A DNA stretch of 33,171 bases from Chiloscyllium plagiosum (Eukaryota): positions 16,191,880 to 16,225,050 of the forward strand of contig NC_057751.1 in the NCBI RefSeq assembly GCF_004010195.1, in the 5' to 3' direction. Shown here one piece after another: positions 10,774-22,808 of this stretch. Each line of letters begins with the position of its first letter. The stretch's first letter is position 1. Under the pieces are notes generated by a model. The model was not told where the DNA came from. It saw only the letters and a list, made by a program, of their open reading frames with translations, and ran no database searches. The position numbers and the translations under genes were made by a program.

Positions 10774-13700
10774 TATAACTCCAACCCTCCATTCCCAGCG
10801 CCATCGTGGTAAATCGTTTCTGAATCCTCTCCAGTTTAAGAACATCCAACCTATAATGAGGTGACCAGAACTGCACACCAGAACCCCAGAAATGGCATCA
10901 CCAATGTCCTGTACATCCTCAACATGGCTTCCAAACTCCTATAGCTCCTCTGGTCTCTCCCTCCGGAGTGAACTCCCTCAATTCTGGAGTCGCTTCGAGC
11001 ATTGATCGGAAAGAGAGGGGTTTCTGAGGGGGTCTCAAACTCTCCACCTCTCGTTCTTCCTGGGAAGGGAACCTAGTCTGCATGAGTCATTGAGGACGAA
11101 CTGGAAGTCATTGGCGGGGTTTAGATCTGGAATCCTTTCCCTGTGTGAATTCCCATTCCCCGTCAAACTGCCTAATTCCGAGTGAAAGCAGTTAACAAGT
11201 ACTGTCTCGTGTGGTACCAGTTTGAGGACAGGAGAATGTCTGCTCGCATACATGGCCCTGACAGTTCTCCTGATTAAATCCTCCCTCCATTGTCAACATG
11301 ATGAAAAAAAAAGACCAGAGGGACACACTACCCACTGTACACATCTTATTTAATATGGTTGGCTTCAGTACCTGGGACACCTGCTTCAATAATGTTTCTT
11401 TCTTTTAAAAAAAAATCAGTATATTTACAAACTTTACACCTTAATTTTGTTAAAACCTAATAAACTTTTTTTTAAAAATCAAGTAGCTAATGGTGGAGTG
11501 CTTTACTGTGTCAGGAAGCCTGTCCACAGACGGCCTAGTTGGCAGGCTTCAGGCCTTGTGTGAGTAGAGAGGGAGGTAGCCTACACTGAAATGGCCTTGG
11601 GGGTTATAAAGAGCGTTCGGTTTTAGATTTAGAGCGTGGTTAGTGGGTGTGTCTGACAGAGACACGATTTTCCAGATACATTTCCGGACCTGGAGAAAAC
11701 ACTGCCTCTTTTCTCTCTCAGCCCACAAGCTGCGCTGCAAAATCTCACTTGACCTTGCTGCGACCCATCTTTTTGCAGTTTTTTTCTTGGGATGCGATGG
11801 GGGTGGGGGTGAGGGGTTGGAGAGGGCCACAGGGAGACGACGTGACTGTTCGAGACACGTGGTCCGCTCGCCTCTCCGTGTGTGACCAGGCCTTTGACAC
11901 GGAGCAGAACTGGTCTACATCCCGAAATGGAGCTGCGTTCCACGTGAGGGAGAACGGGACACCGTCTCTTGTCACTGCTCTGGGGACGCGGCCTTGTTAG
12001 GTTGGGTTGGGGGGGGGTGGGAGGTGGAAAACAGCTCAGCAAGGCTCCATCTCGCAATGGCGGCCTGGCCAAATAGCCCCCTTCCAGTTGAGGATTGTAG
12101 CAGCAAATAAGGTACATTCACAAAAAATATCTCAACCTGTCCGTGTCATAACCGGTTGTGGGGGGGGGGGAGCCCTCTCACGTTTCCCTCGCGTGCGTAT
12201 CCAATTTTAGCGAGATCGTCCAGCGATGAGCTGCCGATGGCCGAGTTGAGCCTTGCCACAAAATGGCCGCCTGTTGCCAAAGCGTGCGCTCGTCAGGACA
12301 AATACAGGGACGCACAAGGTTCAAGCCACCGTGACAGTTCATGCTGCGGGACAAAAGTTGTGGGGTGGGGGGAAGTCACACGTTTGCTGAACAGCTCCCC
12401 CGAGTGCGGCAACAGCGGTGCAGACAATCAGTCAATCTTGCCGCATGGCCAACTGGCGCTCGACGGAAGTGGCGGCCATTTCCGTGTCCATGGAAACGAG
12501 AGGAACACGTGCCTTTTCGGAATTTACTGAGCTTTCTCCCTGGCCAATCACGGTTGACTCGCTGAAGAATTAGCTCCCTTTCTGCCCTGGAGCAGAAACG
12601 GTTATGCTCCCTTATAATTCGCGCGTATAAGGGAGCACGGGTCTAAATGACCACCGGTCGCATCGAAAGAAGGCAAGTCCATCACTGGGAGGATTGCCTA
12701 GGAGTGCAAGGGATGATGGGAAAAGATGAAGACTTGGCGCAAGATGACGATGCTTGTTCAAAGAGGTAGCACCAGACCTATGGGCCAAATTTCTCCGCCT
12801 GTTGCCGTAAAATGTACGCGATAGGGTCCATTTCGATTTTGATCTTCCGAGCAGATGCTCACTGTCCGTTCGATTTCGAGTCCGTGCAAAGTTTGCAGCC
12901 AACCAAGGAATAATTTGTCACGCGTTAGGTTGAATTTTCAACGCGCGCGCCCGAGCGCGACTTTGTCTCGGGCGATTTTTACTCGTCGTCTGTTTTGTTC
13001 CGTCGACAGGAAAGAATTCTGGTGGACGCCAACCGCACGAAATGGTGGCCACTCCAGAAAATGGCAGCACGTTGGGCCTGACTGAAGCCAACCAATCGTC
13101 TTCCACATAGATCGCTCCCAGCCTGCCCCCAGGGCTCGATTTGTGATTGGCTAAGCATGCACCCAATGGGAGCTGCGTTGATTGTCCTAGCGTCACCCTG
13201 GCAACAGGGGAGGGGCCCAACTGCAGTGGACTGGCCTGAGGCTGCTGGGACATTTAATGCTCTAATGGCGCCCTGGAGGAGAGGGGGGAGGGGACAGCTT
13301 ATTCCAATAGGGCCAGTGGCGTAATTATTAAAGTGACCATGCTGCTATATTCTTACAGATTTAGAACCTTAAATTAACAAACCCATTTCTCTTTCGCTTT
13401 TGACTGGTAGTGGGGGGGGGGGGGGGGAACCGTTCATATTCTTATTTTGACTCAGAGTTGTTGGGATTTGGAATGTGTTGCTTGGGAGAGTGGTGGAGGT
13501 TTGAGAATATTTCTACATTTGAAAGGGATGGATTTAGAGAGTCACTGTGAGAGGGCTGGAGAGTGCGTAGCTCTTTCAGGACACGATGTGCTTAATGGCC
13601 ATCCACACTGTCAAATTCCATGATTCTGCTTTGCGAGTTATTCCGGAGAGGCAACCGAGCCGTGTGTGCCGATATAGCGGAGGTTGGTTGCTTGGTGGGA

Positions 13701-13796
13701 CGCGGATTACATCTTTCCATGATCTTTTCCTTCTGTCTATTCCCCACCTTTCGTATCCTCTGCCCCCTCACCCCCAGGGCCAACTGTTGGAACAAA

Positions 13797-14022
13797 CGCT
13801 CACACACACACACACACACACACACAGACTAACCAACACACTCTCTGACACACATACACTAACACACAGACATACACACTCTCTCTAACACACACAAACA
13901 CAGACTAACACACACATTCACACACACATTACACTCTGACCCACAAAGACTAACACACATTCACTCTCTAACACACACAGACTAACACACACTCACTCTC
14001 TAACACACACAGACTAACACAC
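13797..14022. repeat. Degenerate (CA)n / ACACACAGACTAAC microsatellite
   Basis: Read directly; abuts the 52-bp array. Confidence 0.9.
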
Positions 14023-17000
14023 ACTATGGGTAATTATGCACGGCCAATCCACCCTCACCTGCACATCCCTGAGCACTATGGGTAATTATGCACGGCCAAT
14101 CCACCCTCACCTGCACATCCCTGAGCACTATGGGTAATTATGCACGGCCAATCCACCCTCACCTGCACATCCCTGAGCACTATGGGTAATTATGCACGGC
14201 CAATCCACCCTCACCTGCACATCCCTGAGCACTATGGGTAATTATGCACGGCCAATCCACCCTCACCTGCACATCCCTGAGCACTATGGGTAATTATGCA
14301 CGGCCAATCCACCCTCACCTGCACATCCCTGAGCACTATGGGTAATTATGCACGGCCAATCCACCCTCACCTGCACATCCCTGAGCACTATGGGTAATTA
14401 TGCACGGCCAATCCACCCTCACCTGCACATCCCTGAGCACTATGGGTAATTATGCACGGCCAATCCACCCTCACCTGCACATCCCTGAGCACTATGGGTA
14501 ATTATGCACGGCCAATCCACCCTCACCTGCACATCCCTGAGCACTATGGGTAATTATGCACGGCCAATCCACCCTCACCTGCACATCCCTGAGCACTATG
14601 GGTAATTATGCACGGCCAATCCACCCTCACCTGCACATCCCTGAGCACTATGGGTAATTATGCACGGCCAATCCACCCTCACCTGCACATCCCTGAGCAC
14701 TATGGGTAATTATGCACGGCCAATCCACCCTCACCTGCACATCCCTGAGCACTATGGGTAATTATGCACGGCCAATCCACCCTCACCTGCACATCCCTGA
14801 GCACTATGGGTAATTATGCACGGCCAATCCACCCTCACCTGCACATCCCTGAGCACTATGGGTAATTATGCACGGCCAATCCACCCTCACCTGCACATCC
14901 CTGAGCACTATGGGTAATTATGCACGGCCAATCCACCCTCACCTGCACATCCCTGAGCACTATGGGTAATTATGCACGGCCAATCCACCCTCACCTGCAC
15001 ATCCCTGAGCACTATGGGTAATTATGCACGGCCAATCCACCCTCACCTGCACATCCCTGAGCACTATGGGTAATTATGCACGGCCAATCCACCCTCACCT
15101 GCACATCCCTGAGCACTATGGGTAATTATGCACGGCCAATCCACCCTCACCTGCACATCCCTGAGCACTATGGGTAATTATGCACGGCCAATCCACCCTC
15201 ACCTGCACATCCCTGAGCACTATGGGTAATTATGCACGGCCAATCCACCCTCACCTGCACATCCCTGAGCACTATGGGTAATTATGCACGGCCAATCCAC
15301 CCTCACCTGCACATCCCTGAGCACTATGGGTAATTATGCACGGCCAATCCACCCTCACCTGCACATCCCTGAGCACTATGGGTAATTATGCACGGCCAAT
15401 CCACCCTCACCTGCACATCCCTGAGCACTATGGGTAATTATGCACGGCCAATCCACCCTCACCTGCACATCCCTGAGCACTATGGGTAATTATGCACGGC
15501 CAATCCACCCTCACCTGCACATCCCTGAGCACTATGGGTAATTATGCACGGCCAATCCACCCTCACCTGCACATCCCTGAGCACTATGGGTAATTATGCA
15601 CGGCCAATCCACCCTCACCTGCACATCCCTGAGCACTATGGGTAATTATGCACGGCCAATCCACCCTCACCTGCACATCCCTGAGCACTATGGGTAATTA
15701 TGCACGGCCAATCCACCCTCACCTGCACATCCCTGAGCACTATGGGTAATTATGCACGGCCAATCCACCCTCACCTGCACATCCCTGAGCACTATGGGTA
15801 ATTATGCACGGCCAATCCACCCTCACCTGCACATCCCTGAGCACTATGGGTAATTATGCACGGCCAATCCACCCTCACCTGCACATCCCTGAGCACTATG
15901 GGTAATTATGCACGGCCAATCCACCCTCACCTGCACATCCCTGAGCACTATGGGTAATTATGCACGGCCAATCCACCCTCACCTGCACATCCCTGAGCAC
16001 TATGGGTAATTATGCACGGCCAATCCACCCTCACCTGCACATCCCTGAGCACTATGGGTAATTATGCACGGCCAATCCACCCTCACCTGCACATCCCTGA
16101 GCACTATGGGTAATTATGCACGGCCAATCCACCCTCACCTGCACATCCCTGAGCACTATGGGTAATTATGCACGGCCAATCCACCCTCACCTGCACATCC
16201 CTGAGCACTATGGGTAATTATGCACGGCCAATCCACCCTCACCTGCACATCCCTGAGCACTATGGGTAATTATGCACGGCCAATCCACCCTCACCTGCAC
16301 ATCCCTGAGCACTATGGGTAATTATGCACGGCCAATCCACCCTCACCTGCACATCCCTGAGCACTATGGGTAATTATGCACGGCCAATCCACCCTCACCT
16401 GCACATCCCTGAGCACTATGGGTAATTATGCACGGCCAATCCACCCTCACCTGCACATCCCTGAGCACTATGGGTAATTATGCACGGCCAATCCACCCTC
16501 ACCTGCACATCCCTGAGCACTATGGGTAATTATGCACGGCCAATCCACCCTCACCTGCACATCCCTGAGCACTATGGGTAATTATGCACGGCCAATCCAC
16601 CCTCACCTGCACATCCCTGAGCACTATGGGTAATTATGCACGGCCAATCCACCCTCACCTGCACATCCCTGAGCACTATGGGTAATTATGCACGGCCAAT
16701 CCACCCTCACCTGCACATCCCTGAGCACTATGGGTAATTATGCACGGCCAATCCACCCTCACCTGCACATCCCTGAGCACTATGGGTAATTATGCACGGC
16801 CAATCCACCCTCACCTGCACATCCCTGAGCACTATGGGTAATTATGCACGGCCAATCCACCCTCACCTGCACATCCCTGAGCACTATGGGTAATTATGCA
16901 CGGCCAATCCACCCTCACCTGCACATCCCTGAGCACTATGGGTAATTATGCACGGCCAATCCACCCTCACCTGCACATCCCTGAGCACTATGGGTAATTA

Positions 17001-18797
17001 TGCACGGCCAATCCACCCTCACCTGCACATCCCTGAGCACTATGGGTAATTATGCACGGCCAATCCACCCTCACCTGCACATCCCTGAGCACTATGGGTA
17101 ATTATGCACGGCCAATCCACCCTCACCTGCACATCCCTGAGCACTATGGGTAATTATGCACGGCCAATCCACCCTCACCTGCACATCCCTGAGCACTATG
17201 GGTAATTATGCACGGCCAATCCACCCTCACCTGCACATCCCTGAGCACTATGGGTAATTATGCACGGCCAATCCACCCTCACCTGCACATCCCTGAGCAC
17301 TATGGGTAATTATGCACGGCCAATCCACCCTCACCTGCACATCCCTGAGCACTATGGGTAATTATGCACGGCCAATCCACCCTCACCTGCACATCCCTGA
17401 GCACTATGGGTAATTATGCACGGCCAATCCACCCTCACCTGCACATCCCTGAGCACTATGGGTAATTATGCACGGCCAATCCACCCTCACCTGCACATCC
17501 CTGAGCACTATGGGTAATTATGCACGGCCAATCCACCCTCACCTGCACATCCCTGAGCACTATGGGTAATTATGCACGGCCAATCCACCCTCACCTGCAC
17601 ATCCCTGAGCACTATGGGTAATTATGCACGGCCAATCCACCCTCACCTGCACATCCCTGAGCACTATGGGTAATTATGCACGGCCAATCCACCCTCACCT
17701 GCACATCCCTGAGCACTATGGGTAATTATGCACGGCCAATCCACCCTCACCTGCACATCCCTGAGCACTATGGGTAATTATGCACGGCCAATCCACCCTC
17801 ACCTGCACATCCCTGAGCACTATGGGTAATTATGCACGGCCAATCCACCCTCACCTGCACATCCCTGAGCACTATGGGTAATTATGCACGGCCAATCCAC
17901 CCTCACCTGCACATCCCTGAGCACTATGGGTAATTATGCACGGCCAATCCACCCTCACCTGCACATCCCTGAGCACTATGGGTAATTATGCACGGCCAAT
18001 CCACCCTCACCTGCACATCCCTGAGCACTATGGGTAATTATGCACGGCCAATCCACCCTCACCTGCACATCCCTGAGCACTATGGGTAATTATGCACGGC
18101 CAATCCACCCTCACCTGCACATCCCTGAGCACTATGGGTAATTATGCACGGCCAATCCACCCTCACCTGCATATCCCTGAGCACTATGGGTAATTTAGCA
18201 TGGCAATCCACCCTAACCTGCACATCCCTGGGCACTATGGGTAATTTAGCATGGGCCATCCACCCTAACCTGCACATCCCTGGGCACTATGGGTAATTTA
18301 GCACGGCCAATCCACCCTAACCTGCACATCCCGGAGCACTATGGGTAATTTAGCATGGCGAATCCACGCTCACCTGCACATCCCTGAGCACTATGGGTAA
18401 TTTTGCACGGCCAATACACCCTCACCTGCACATCCCTGGGCACAATGGGTAATTTAGCATGGTCAATCCACCTTAACCTGCACACCCCTGAGCACTATGG
18501 GTAATTTAGCATGGCAATCCACCCTAACCTGCACATCCCTGAACACTATGGGTAATTTAGCACGGCCAATCCACCCTCACCTGCACATCCCTGAGCACTA
18601 TGGGTAAGTTAGCACGGCCAATCCACCCTCACCTGCATATCCCTGAGCACTATGGGTAATTTAGCACGGCCAATCCACCCTCACCTGCACATCCCTGAGC
18701 ACTATGGGTAATTATGCATGGCCAATCCACCCTCACCTGCACATCCCTGAGCACTATGGGTAATTTAGCATGGCCAATCCACCCTAACCTGCAAATC
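14023..18797. repeat. 52-bp tandem array (~92 units) derived from the HE1/V-SINE interior; 79 identical units at 14023-18130, then ~13 diverged units
   Basis: Unit ACTATGGGTAATTATGCACGGCCAATCCACCCTCACCTGCACATCCCTGAGC. Lines repeat with the expected 780-nt period; the first variant is at 18172. The array runs directly into a SINE head at 18798-18927. Confidence 0.97.
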
Positions 18798-18927
18798 TTT
18801 GGACTGCGGGAGGAAACCCACGCAGACAGAGGGGAGAGTGTGCAAACTCCACACACAGACAGTCGCCTGATGCTGGAATCGAACCCGGGTCCCTGGCGTC
18901 GCTAACCACTGAGCCACCGTGCCACCC
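18798..18927 (-). mobile_element. HE1-like tRNA-derived V-SINE head (parent of the 52-bp array)
   Basis: Minus strand GGGTGGCACGGTGGCTCAGTGGTTAGC (A box)...GGGTTCGATTCC (B box)...TGTGTGGAGTTTGCAC...CAGTCCAAAGA; 3' tail missing. Confidence 0.88.
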
Positions 18928-19125
18928 ATTTTGTTACTAACCATAGTTTTTGTTGTTTTTCTTGTTGCTAACTTGTTGTTCCTAACTGTTTATTGCTATT
19001 TCTTTTCTGACCTGCTGTTTGTTAGTCTTTGTTACTAACTGTATGTTGCTATTTTTCGGTATTAATCTTTTACGACTAAGTTTTTGTTGCAAACGTTTTG
19101 TTCCTAATTTTGTTGTTGCTACTTT

Positions 19126-19531
19126 GAGTGGAGCGTATGCGTTCTAAGGAGAGGCTGAATAAGATGGGGGTTGAGGGATGACCTTTTAAAGTTTATAAAA
19201 TTAATTCTCAAGTCATAGATCAAAGCAAATAGCGGATGTCTGCTCCTGAGGTTTGGGGGAGTTCAATACAGAGGGCACAGGAGATAGATTTAAAAGGTAT
19301 CTGAGGTACAGCTTTCTCACACAGGGTGGTTTGTATGTGGAACAAACTGATGGGGAAGTGATAGATGCAGGTACAGTTCCACTTAAAGGACGTCTGGACA
19401 GATTCATGAACAGGAAAGATTTATAGGGATTGGGCGGGGGGGGGGGGCGAAACACTGGCAAGCGGGAATAATTTAGCTTTGGAAATTCGGTTGGCATGGA
19501 TGACTTGCCTTTGAAGGGGCTGTATGACTCG
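19126..19531 (+). mobile_element. Old CR1 LINE 3' fragment
   Basis: Degenerate GAGAGGCTGAAT...GAGGGATGACCT...TTTCTCACACAGGGTGGT...GAAGGGGCTGTATGACTC. Confidence 0.7.
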
Positions 19532-19567
19532 AAAATGTATAATCTGTAAAACATTTCGTTCCTTTTC

Positions 19568-20455
19568 GAGTCACAGAGATGTACAGCAACGGAAACAGAC
19601 CCTTCGGTCCAACCCGTCCGTGCCGACCCAGATATCCCAACCCGATCTAGTCCCACCTGCCAGCACCCGGCCCATATCCCTCCAAACCCTTCCTATTCAT
19701 ATACCCACACAAATGCCTCTGAAATGTTGCAATTGTACCAGCTTCCTCTGGCAGCTTATTCCATACACGTACCACCCTCTGTGTGAAAAAGTTGCCCCAT
19801 AGGTCTCTTTTATATCTTTCCCCTCTCACCCTAAACCTATGGCCTCTAGTTTTGGACTCCCCAACCCCAGGGAAAAGACCTTGTCTATTTACCCTATCTA
19901 TGCCCCTCATAATTTTATAAACCTCTAAAAGGTCACCCCTCAGCCTCCGACGCTCCAGGGAAAACATCCCCAGCTTGTTCAGTCTCTCCCTGTAGCTCAA
20001 ACCCTCCAACCCTGGCAACATCCTTGTAAATCTTTTCCAAACCCTTTCAAGTTCCCTATACCTACCAGCCTTCCCTTTCACCCTGACAGGAATATACTTT
20101 CTCTGGATTCTCGTTACCTCATTTCTGAAGGCTTCCCATTTTCCAGCCTTTACCTGCGAACATCTGCCCCCAGTCAGCTTTCGAAAGTTCTTGCCCAATA
20201 CCGTTAAAATTGGCCTTTCTCCAATTTAGAACTTCAACTTTTAGATCAGGTCTATCATTTTCCATCGCTATTTTAAATCTAATAGAGTTATGGTCGCTGG
20301 CCCCAAAGTGCTCCCCCACTGACACCTCAGTCACCTTATTTCCCAAGAGTAGGTCAAGTTTTGCACCTTCTCTAGTTGGTACATCCACATAGTGAATCAG
20401 AAAATTGTCTTGTACACACTTAACAAATTCCTCTCTATCTAAACCCTTAACACTA
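19568..20455 (-). mobile_element. CR1 LINE with a large internal deletion joining the endonuclease/linker region to the ORF2 C-terminus
   Basis: PTREGAKLDLLLGN...GEHFGASDHNSIRF (APE end) and KYIPVRVKGKAGRYR fused at ~20053 to LERVWKRFTRMLPGLEG...VWNKLP plus tail. Confidence 0.88.
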
Positions 20456-20871
20456 TGCTATTGTTGCTAATTTTCTGTTACTAATTGCTGTTACTTTTGT
20501 TGCTAACATTTTGTTGCTAACCTGTCATGAATATTTTGTTACCCAGATTTTGTTGCTAATCGTTTCATTGCTAATTTTTGTTGCCTGTTTTTTGTTCCTA
20601 ATTTTTTGCTACTACAAATGTTTGCCAACTTTTCGTTATGAATATTTTGTTACTAACTTCTTCTTACTAATGTTTCATTGCTAGTTTTTTTGCTACTAAT
20701 CTTTTACTACTAATGTTTTTGTCAATAACGTTTTGTCACTTCATAATGCTGACTTTCTGCGACTTTGTGTTGCTAATTTTTATGCTACGGACTTTTTGTC
20801 ACTAATTGACTTGCATTGAAAGTCCCAGATCCCTCTTTCCCACAGAGTTTCACAGTGTCTCTCTGTTTAAT

Positions 20872-21160
20872 GGCGGCACGGTGGCTGAGTGGTTAGCACC
20901 GCTGCCTCACAGCACCAGGGACCCAGGTTCGATTCCAGCCTCGGGCGACCGTCTGTGTGGAGTTTGCCCATTCTCCTCGTGTCTGCGTGGGTTTGCTCCC
21001 ACAATCCAAAGATGTGCAGGTTAGGTGAATAGGCTGTGTTAAATTGCCCGTAGTGTTAGGTGCATAGGGAAATGGGTCTGGGTGGGTTACTCTTCGGAGG
21101 GTCGGTGTGGACTTGTTGGGCCGAAGGGCCTGTTTCCACACTGTAGCGAATCTAATCTAA
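20872..21160 (+). mobile_element. HE1-like V-SINE, full length, single internal unit
   Basis: GGCGGCACGGTGGCTGAGTGGTTAGC...GGTTCGATTCC...GATGTGCAGGTTAGGTGAAT...GGGCCGAAGGGCCTGTTTCCACACTGTA(AATCT)n. Confidence 0.92.
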
Positions 21161-21749
21161 TTTTTTTTTGTTAACAACCTTTTGCTACTAATCTTTTGTT
21201 GCTAACGTTTTGTTAGGAGTGTTTTGTTACTAACTTTATGTTGCTTTTTTTTGTAACTAATGTTTTCCTGTTAACTTTTAGTTGCAAGTTATTTTCCGAC
21301 TCGTTTTTTTCCTAATTATTTTTACTGCTAACTTTTTGTCACTAAGTTTTTGTCGTTAACTTTCGGCCAGTAACTTTAGGTTGGTAATTTTTTTGTGACT
21401 GACTTTTTTGTGATTAACTTTTACGCACAGAGACTTTCAGCGCCCTCTGTGCTGCAGCGTTCCATAGTCTCTCTCTCTCTCCCCACACTGGCAGCTCTTC
21501 CAATGCACCTGGCTGAACACGTTTTTGCACTGGACGTGGCAAATTTCGCCCTCGAGACTCGACCCCCCGACCCCCCCCTCAGCGTCAGCCCACCAGGAAA
21601 TCTCGCCGACGTGCAGCTCATGGATGCAGACTCTAAACGGTTGAGCCTCACCGCCCCGTCTCCCCCTCCGACCCGAGCGCTGACAAGCCTGCCTAGTCTC
21701 ACATGCCACTAATTACGAGGCCAGTTGGCGGAGCCCTGCTCAGTGCTAC

Positions 21750-21865
21750 CTCTGTCGAGTCCCTCTGGTGCCCGTTTTCAGGATGCCTGCTCTTTGGCGG
21801 AGGCTGCGGGGGACTGCCGCAGGAATCCAGCGTAATCTCCGGGTCGCTCCGCGGCCCGGGGTAAC
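21750..21865 (-). CDS. dock5: DOCK5 penultimate (or terminal) exon: SYPGPRSDPEITLDSCGSPPQPPPKSRHPENGHQRDSTE
   Basis: TTTTGTTCGGCCTTTCCAG| phase 1, 116 nt; PPQPPPKS...QRDSTE resembles human PPPPPPKSK...QRNSTE. Donor GAG|GTAGCA is weak; read-through ends at TGA 21699-21701. Confidence 0.78.
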
Positions 21866-22678
21866 CTGGAAAGGCCGAACAAAACCTGGAGTGAGATGAC
21901 TGCGTCGGACACAGAGCGCGGGTCAGTCAGAAATGATGTCAATAGCCCTCGAATTTCGGCAGGTGGGGGCGGGCGGGGCATGATGGGAAGGTTCGCTCTC
22001 GCTGGGAGACGGGCCCTTGAGCGCTCCGAATGTGAGGAGGCCACTCAGCTCCCTCCTAGCCTGTTCCGCCATTCAATAGAATCACGCCCCTTCCCCACTT
22101 TCTCCCAAGAAACATACTCCGACTCCTTCTTTAAAAGATCCATCTGCTTTCTGCGGCAGAGAATTCCACAGGCTCCCTTCCTCAGATAAGGGGACCCCCA
22201 AAACCGTGTGTCCTACAATACCCTAGGGTGTGGTCTCGCTCCTGCACTCCAATCCCCTCGTCATGGAGGGCCCAACACCCCACTGGCCTCCCTCACTATC
22301 TGCTGCTCCTGCAAGGCCGACTTTCAGCCAGTGGGGGTAGGAGGGACGTCGCACCTCTCTCTTTCCCAATCGCTCACTGTTTGGATCTAACCATCTTCCG
22401 GTTTCGGCTCCCAAAACCTCACGCGTCAGCCTGGACGTTGTCCGGGTGTTGCTGCGCGTGAGCCCTGTAGCGCCTGAGGCGGCGCTAATGGCGTTGAACG
22501 CTGGGCAAGCATCGGCGAGCTGAATTCCGATGGAGGGAGGACGTGAGAATGTTCCGGATGGGAAGAGGAGCTTTCGTTAAGCCAAGCGAAAGGGACGCGT
22601 GGGCTGGGACGACAAAGAGAAATCTCACGCATTGTGCGTGCAGCCTCTCCGTGACGGGTGGATCTAGCCATTACATAC

Positions 22679-22808
22679 TCAGAGTGCGTGTGGTGTCTGC
22701 CGCTGTGACCGGAGAGGACACTGACTGCGAGGTGTAGACTTGCATCGAAGACTGTTGCAATTCACCAAAGGGAAGACTTTTCGGGCGCAGCTGCCTTTGT
22801 CTCGCCAG
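22679..22808 (-). CDS. dock5: DOCK5 exon: LARQRQLRPKSLPFGELQQSSMQVYTSQSVSSPVTAADTTRTL
   Basis: TTTCGTTTCTGCTTGTGTAG| ... |GTATGT, 130 nt, phase 0-1; RPKSL and TRTL|S match the DOCK5 tail. Confidence 0.82.

Larger units (their letters stand above)
18928..21420. repeat. Degenerate TTTTGTTRCTAA(C) low-complexity repeat in three blocks (18928-19125, 20456-20806, 21161-21420)
   Basis: Recurrent TGTTGCTAA/TGTTACTAA motifs in T-rich context, separated by CR1 and SINE insertions. Confidence 0.8.

Noticed and set aside
14023..18797. CRISPR-like array
   Set aside because: Head-to-tail units with no unique spacers, no cas genes, vertebrate context, and the unit is SINE-derived.
19647..20388. Functional LINE ORF2
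   Set aside because: RT domain deleted and the frame is broken upstream; no intact autonomous element in the window.
20872..20945. tRNA genes (also ~6400-6458, 18870-18927, 27575-27648, 28690-28776, 32100-32167)
   Set aside because: The A/B boxes belong to SINE heads that continue into V- or Deu-domain bodies.
22426..22671. Minus-strand ORF (SSPMLAQRSTPLAPPQ) as a DOCK5 exon
   Set aside because: It needs a phase-2 junction while the upstream donor at 22679 is phase 1; exon 21865-21750 fits both phase and homology.
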